A DNA stretch of 64,000 bases from positions 13,767 to 77,766 of the forward strand of contig CBINGZ010000019.1 of NCBI GenBank assembly GCA_966250335.1, written 5' to 3'. This DNA comes from an uncultured bacterium (GTDB lineage: Bacteria > Bacteroidota > Ignavibacteria > OLB7). Position numbers and translations under genes: made by a program. Shown here piece after piece: positions 59,482 through 64,000 of this stretch. The notes below the pieces were generated by a model, which did not search any database, was not told the DNA's origin, and saw only the letters and a program-made list of their open reading frames with translations. How positions within the stretch are numbered: position 1 is the stretch's first letter; each line of letters begins with the position of its first letter.

Positions 59482-61167
59482 ATGTCGTCTCACATTCAGT
59501 CTTCACCCGAACGGATCTTGGAGCTCCGGGAGCTTCTCTCAACGGCGCGGCTCCCGGCCGAGAAGCTCCGCGTGGTCGCCGAACTGGCCCGCAGGCTGAC
59601 GGTGGAGGATGATCCGGAGGGATACGTTCTGGCCCGGCAGGCGCTCGAGCTTGCGGAGGAGCTGGGGGATGAGATGAACGTCGCCCGCGCGCTGAACACG
59701 ATGGGGCTGTACCATGAGGGGAAAGGGGAGATCGATCAGGCGATCCCTCTGCTGGAGCGGAGCCGCCGGATGTGCATCCGTCTCGGACTGGAGCGGGGAA
59801 TCCTCGATGCCACCTCCCTCATCGCCCAGTGCAGGATGAGGCGGGGAGAGTACGTGGAGGCGAGCACGGAGCTGGAGAAGGCCGTTCGGATCTGCGCATC
59901 GCTGGGCGATATGAGCAGAATGCCCGCCTTGCGGAACTCCATGGCAGTGATTCGCTTCGCCGTCGGCGATCTGGCCGGAGCGATCGAGCTGCACCAGCAG
60001 AATCTGGAGGAGCTGGTGGCCTCGGGGAATCTGAGACGCGCCGCGCTGATCCTGGGGAATATCGCGGAGATCCGTATGGAGCTGCGCGAATGGGATGCCG
60101 CGGTGGAGGCGTTCGAGCGCGCCGTCGCCTTCCTCTCCGATGACGACCCCGGCGAACTCGCCCGCATGGGGGTGCGAATGGCCGAGTGCCATCTGGCGAT
60201 CGGCAGGATCGAGGAGGCGGAACAATGCATGAAGGAGCTGGGTGAGAGAGTCTCCGAGGAAATGCTGCCGCATCCGCACCAGATGATCCTCATGAGGAGG
60301 GTGCAGGCGCGGCTGGCGATGGAGAGAGGGGATCATGAGGAGGCCGTGAGGCTCTGCCGTGAGGCGATAGACCGCGCGCGTGAACATGGTCTTCGTCCGC
60401 TGGAGGCAGCGTCGGTGGAACGGCTCGCGCTCGTTCTGCGGGATGCCGGAAAGACCAATGAGGCGATATCGGAACTCGAGCAGATCCTGACGCCGGCGCG
60501 GGAGCTCGGCGATCCGAAACTCGAAGCCCGTCTCCTCAGGGAGCTGGCGACCCTTCTCCACACGACCGGCAGGTGCGCGGAGGCGTTCGAGGCTCTGGAG
60601 GCCTATACGGTTCTTCGCGAGCGTCTCTACAGCGAGGAACGTCAGCGTGCGCTGGCCGAGGCGGAGATCAGGTTCCGGACGGCGCAGGCGGAAAAGGAGC
60701 GGGAGATCCTGCGCCTCAAGAACGAGCATCTGGAAGCGGAGAACCGGGGAAAGACACGCGAGCTCACCACGCTCGCCATGGGGCTGACCCAGAAGACCGA
60801 ACTGCTCCGGCGGCTCCGGGCCGTGCTCCGCGACCAGACGAGCCCTTCGGCCGCGCGGCGGAGAGCGGAGCTTGTCGCGGAGATCGAGGGGGCGCTTGCC
60901 GCAGAGGAGGGGTGGGGACAGTTCGAGCGGCAGTTCATGCTCCTCCATCCGGAGTTCATCAGAGGGCTCGCCGATCGCTGGCCGACCCTCACGCCGGCCG
61001 AGCTGAGGACCTGCCTGCTTCTCCGGATCAACATGTCGACCAAGGAGATCTCATCCCTCCTCAGTATCTCCTCCCGTGCCGTTGAAGGTCATCGCCTGAA
61101 CATCCGTCGCAAGATGGGACTGGAGCCGGGGACCTCCCTGACCACGTTTCTCGCCTCGCGGTCGTGA
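59482..61167 (+). CDS. TPR-repeat sensor + LuxR/GerE-type HTH transcriptional regulator
   Basis: N-terminal ~400 aa of TPR-like helices; C-terminal TPAELRTCLLLRINMSTKEISSLLSISSRAVEGHRLNIRRKMG. Confidence 0.85.
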   Translation: MSSHIQSSPERILELRELLSTARLPAEKLRVVAELARRLTVEDDPEGYVLARQALELAEELGDEMNVARALNTMGLYHEGKGEIDQAIPLLERSRRMCIRLGLERGILDATSLIAQCRMRRGEYVEASTELEKAVRICASLGDMSRMPALRNSMAVIRFAVGDLAGAIELHQQNLEELVASGNLRRAALILGNIAEIRMELREWDAAVEAFERAVAFLSDDDPGELARMGVRMAECHLAIGRIEEAEQCMKELGERVSEEMLPHPHQMILMRRVQARLAMERGDHEEAVRLCREAIDRAREHGLRPLEAASVERLALVLRDAGKTNEAISELEQILTPARELGDPKLEARLLRELATLLHTTGRCAEAFEALEAYTVLRERLYSEERQRALAEAEIRFRTAQAEKEREILRLKNEHLEAENRGKTRELTTLAMGLTQKTELLRRLRAVLRDQTSPSAARRRAELVAEIEGALAAEEGWGQFERQFMLLHPEFIRGLADRWPTLTPAELRTCLLLRINMSTKEISSLLSISSRAVEGHRLNIRRKMGLEPGTSLTTFLASRS

Positions 61168-61381
61168 ATTCTTCCTCAGGGATATTCTGATCGGATGTTC
61201 ATATGAACATCTCTCCCGTCTTCGGCATGACGGCCGAGACATCATGTTGCCATCACGTTACCCTGCGGGATTCTCTGAAAGAGGACCACACCCCCTAGTA
61301 GTTTTCGCGTAGTGAGACGCCTCGGGGCGCTCTGTAATTTCGTGCATGTTCGTCAGCCCCAGTCAACCAGAACACTCGATC

Positions 61382-62038
61382 ATGCACCTTTTCCGGTCTC
61401 TCGTTCCCGTCGCCTTCGCGATGATCCTCTTCTTCACGACCTCCCCTCTTCATGCTCAGCGATCCGGCTGGCGTCACTTCTCGCGTCCCGAGATGGTGAC
61501 CGCCATCATCCCCTACTCCATCTCCGTGACCGACGGCGAGGAGAGTATCGAGGGGAGCTTCACGGAGGTCGGTGTGGGCCTGGGGTGGAGTATTCCGGTC
61601 TACGAGATCGGGGAGGATCTGGCGCTCGCCGTCGCTCCGTCGCTCATGGTCGCCACCAGCGCCGGCATTTCGGATGCGATCGTGGAGGAGGAGGATCGTT
61701 TCCCGCTCACCATGTCGCTGGAGGGGGGACTCTTCGCCTCGGTAAAGTATGGGGCCGATGCCGTCTGGAACACCAGGAAGACCTTCATGGCGGGGGCCGG
61801 CATCGGCGCATGGTACACGGCGCTCACGACCCTCGACCCGTACGACATCACCGCCTCCTACACCCGTCCGGCGATCATGGCGGAGGTGGGAGCGAAGCTG
61901 GGGAAGACCCCGGTCAAGTTCCGCTATGCCCGGATCCTCGGCGCCGGCGAGGAGACCGAACCGGGCTGGCGCACGGAGGAGGTGAAGGTCTCGCTCGATC
62001 AACAGAGCTTTCAGCTCATCATCACATTCGGACTTTGA
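61382..62038 (+). CDS. secreted hypothetical protein, OM-beta-barrel-like
   Basis: Signal peptide MHLFRSLVPVAFAMILFFTTSPLHAQ; alternating hydrophobic pattern and a C-terminal F. Confidence 0.6.
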   Translation: MHLFRSLVPVAFAMILFFTTSPLHAQRSGWRHFSRPEMVTAIIPYSISVTDGEESIEGSFTEVGVGLGWSIPVYEIGEDLALAVAPSLMVATSAGISDAIVEEEDRFPLTMSLEGGLFASVKYGADAVWNTRKTFMAGAGIGAWYTALTTLDPYDITASYTRPAIMAEVGAKLGKTPVKFRYARILGAGEETEPGWRTEEVKVSLDQQSFQLIITFGL

Positions 62039-62062
62039 GCCGCTATACCATAGGACCCTTTC

Positions 62063-63571
62063 ATGATCTGCGTTTCCCTTCCCTCTGTCAGGGGATGTTT
62101 CCGTTCGTGGCGGATTTCCGTCCTGTTCCTGCTCCCGCTTCTGCTCACCTCATGCAGCATCCAGGATTTCGCGCTGCGGGAAGGGCGTCTGCTCGCCGAG
62201 GCGCCGATCCCGTACGAGTCGTACGTGGAGGCGATATCGCTCCCCGACGACGAGATGATCGTTCTACGCGATCCGGAGGAAGATGTCATGGTCCTGGAAC
62301 GGCTGCGGAGCGATCTGTCAAGGGCCTGGGCGGTTCCGCTGCCGCTGGAGGGAGAGATCTACCTTTCGCAGGGGCTGGTCTTCGCTCCTTCGAAGCGGAG
62401 GAAGGAGGTCCGGGTTCCGCTCTTCTACGACGACACGAATATCGGACTCTTCTATGAAGAGGAACGTGGAGAGAACAGAATCCTCACCCTGGCGCTGTTC
62501 GACTCCGACGAGGGGGGCCTGCTCAAGCAGGTCCCTCTCGACACGTTCCCTGTTCCGAGCGCCTCGTTTCCGGTTCGTGCGGGGGAGTTCCGGATGTCGC
62601 CGGACCGCCGGTCGTTCGCCGTCTATTCGTACGATTATTCGAAGGTTCTCTATGGAGACGGCCTCTCGGCTGTCGATCTCCACGTGACACTCTATTCGAC
62701 ACGGGGAGAAAAGATCGGCTCGGCCGCCGCATCGTTCAGCGTCGGACTCGAGCCCGATGAAGCCGACGAGGTCGATGCGGCACTCCCGCCGCCGTTGCTC
62801 ACTGCGGCGGGAGAGTTCATCCAGCCGGTCGTGGTCGGGAACGAGCTGCTGGCCGTGGTCGTCGACCCCCGTTCAGGGAGCGATCGGGTCGTGAAGGTGA
62901 TGAATCTCGGAGAGGAGGAGGTGGGGCTCGTCCGGATGCAGTCGATCGCCGGGTCGGCCGTCGGGGTCGGCGTCTCCGTCATGGACGGGGACGAGGTGGT
63001 CGGCGTTTCCTATACGACGCTCGACGCCGAGCATGCGACGGCGGGAACCCCATGGCGATATATTATCGACGACGACCAGGCCGAGGCGCTGGTGGAGGAT
63101 GATCTGGGCGGCTTCATCTTCGAGTCGATGATCGTTGCGCCCGACGGGTCACCCACATTCATCCTGGAATATCAGAAAGCGATGATGCTGGTCGAGCTGA
63201 CGTCAAGGACGATCATCTACGAACATAATGACATTGCGATCCTTTCCTTCAACGCTACGGGTTCGCTGAAGAACGCCGTCGCGTTCGATAACGAGCAGAA
63301 GGAACCGGGCCTGGAGAGAACGTTCATGGAGCGTCCCGTCGCCGACGGGCTGAAGTTCGTGGTGACGCATTACGACAAGGGACAACTCCTCGTTGCCACG
63401 GCGCCGAACAGCGGAACGCTGACGACGATTCCGGTTCTGGAGCCGGCGGGGGGGAGCTGGCTCAGGTTCTCCAAGTCGTTCTGGAATGATGATCGCACGG
63501 TTACCCTGATCATCAGCGATCTGCTGAACGGTTCGGATGAGGCAAAAGTGATGCGTGTGGCGCTGCCGTAG
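62063..63571 (+). CDS. hypothetical lipoprotein (paralog 1)
   Basis: Lipobox LLTSCS; 502 aa. Confidence 0.7.
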   Translation: MICVSLPSVRGCFRSWRISVLFLLPLLLTSCSIQDFALREGRLLAEAPIPYESYVEAISLPDDEMIVLRDPEEDVMVLERLRSDLSRAWAVPLPLEGEIYLSQGLVFAPSKRRKEVRVPLFYDDTNIGLFYEEERGENRILTLALFDSDEGGLLKQVPLDTFPVPSASFPVRAGEFRMSPDRRSFAVYSYDYSKVLYGDGLSAVDLHVTLYSTRGEKIGSAAASFSVGLEPDEADEVDAALPPPLLTAAGEFIQPVVVGNELLAVVVDPRSGSDRVVKVMNLGEEEVGLVRMQSIAGSAVGVGVSVMDGDEVVGVSYTTLDAEHATAGTPWRYIIDDDQAEALVEDDLGGFIFESMIVAPDGSPTFILEYQKAMMLVELTSRTIIYEHNDIAILSFNATGSLKNAVAFDNEQKEPGLERTFMERPVADGLKFVVTHYDKGQLLVATAPNSGTLTTIPVLEPAGGSWLRFSKSFWNDDRTVTLIISDLLNGSDEAKVMRVALP

Positions 63572-63734
63572 GAAGAAGCTGAAGAGGGAGTCGGAATATC
63601 GTAATGGAACTCTGCGGCTGTGATGGGAGCCTCGCCTTATATTGGATTCGGATAAGGCGCAGGTGTCGATCACGGAGCCCCGGCTCATTGTAGTGTGATC
63701 GACAGTGAGCCGGGCATGTGATGGAGTTCCGTCT

Positions 63735-64000
63735 ATGACCAACGTTGTTGTGGCCCGACCGGGTCGGGCGTATGCGGAGAGAGGTCTCTTCGTTCCGTTC
63801 CTGCTTCTTTCGCTGCTGCTTGCCTCCTGCTCTTCTCAGATCATACCGCTGAAAGGACGGATCGTCGCCGAAATGCCGGTTGAGTATGATGATTATCTGG
63901 AAACGCTTGTGCTTCCCGGCGGCGATATGGTCGTGGTGCGAGATATCAGCAGGGTCAAGGGAGACACGTTGATTCTGGAACGGCTGCGGAACGATCTGTC
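63735..64000 (+). CDS. hypothetical lipoprotein (paralog 2), 3'-truncated by window end
   Basis: ATG 63735; lipobox LLLASCSS. Its N-terminal 90 aa align with the 62063 gene (...GRIVAEMPVEYDDYLE... / ...GRLLAEAPIPYESYVE...; ...LERLRNDLS / ...LERLRSDLS). Confidence 0.55.
   Translation, partial: MTNVVVARPGRAYAERGLFVPFLLLSLLLASCSSQIIPLKGRIVAEMPVEYDDYLETLVLPGGDMVVVRDISRVKGDTLILERLRNDL

Noticed and set aside
59539-60948. 469-aa minus-strand ORF antisense to the LuxR-TPR regulator
   Set aside because: The plus strand encodes a clear GerE/LuxR HTH.

Overview
This is a high-GC bacterial chromosomal segment, most likely from an FCB-superphylum organism. GroES/GroEL are near-identical to Chlorobi/Ignavibacteria-type chaperonins, the groESL promoter has a Bacteroidetes-style TAnnTTTG -7 box next to a CIRCE element, there are many T9SS C-terminal sorting domains, and Shine-Dalgarno use is moderate. 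The placement is an inference from these features, not a database result.

Gene content, left to right:
- The 3' end of an upstream membrane-protein gene, followed by a six-gene MoxR/DUF58 operon (SpoIIM-like DUF95, membrane protein, DUF4129, DUF4350, MoxR ATPase, DUF58) with ATGA/GTGA overlap coupling.
- A lipoprotein subtilisin and a PYR+PP fused TPP enzyme.
- A 1502-aa SBBP/PKD-repeat T9SS cargo protein on the minus strand.
- A DUF433 / minimal-nucleotidyltransferase fusion gene, divergent from a small membrane-protein gene, and a lipoprotein.
- groESL with its sigma-A-type promoter and a perfect CIRCE element, then a BNR-repeat T9SS protein, purE, tRNA-Arg(CCG) and a TPR-like membrane-anchored protein.
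- A ~14.5-kb island of five consecutive secreted genes (four with canonical T9SS C-terminal domains), including a 2293-aa Pmp-repeat beta-helix adhesin.
- A low-GC patch holding a TGA-interrupted TPR-regulator pseudogene.
- TlpA, an OM beta-barrel protein and a thioredoxin-fold T9SS cargo protein.
- nth, an aldehyde dehydrogenase, a GAF protein, DUF2459, a SleB-like hydrolase, an M48 peptidase, trhO, a DUF2236 oxygenase and two paralogous membrane proteins.
- A tightly packed plus-strand operon: a MutS paralog lacking domain I, a McrC-family nuclease, an AlkD-like protein, a nucleotidyltransferase, a DUF985 cupin, a DinB-like protein and an RluA pseudouridine synthase.
- A TPR+LuxR regulator, an OM-barrel-like protein and two tandem paralogous lipoproteins, the last cut off by the window end.

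No rRNA, CRISPR array, transposase or integrase was seen. The observation I rate highest is the MutS-paralog + McrB-less McrC-like nuclease pair at 52780..55939.
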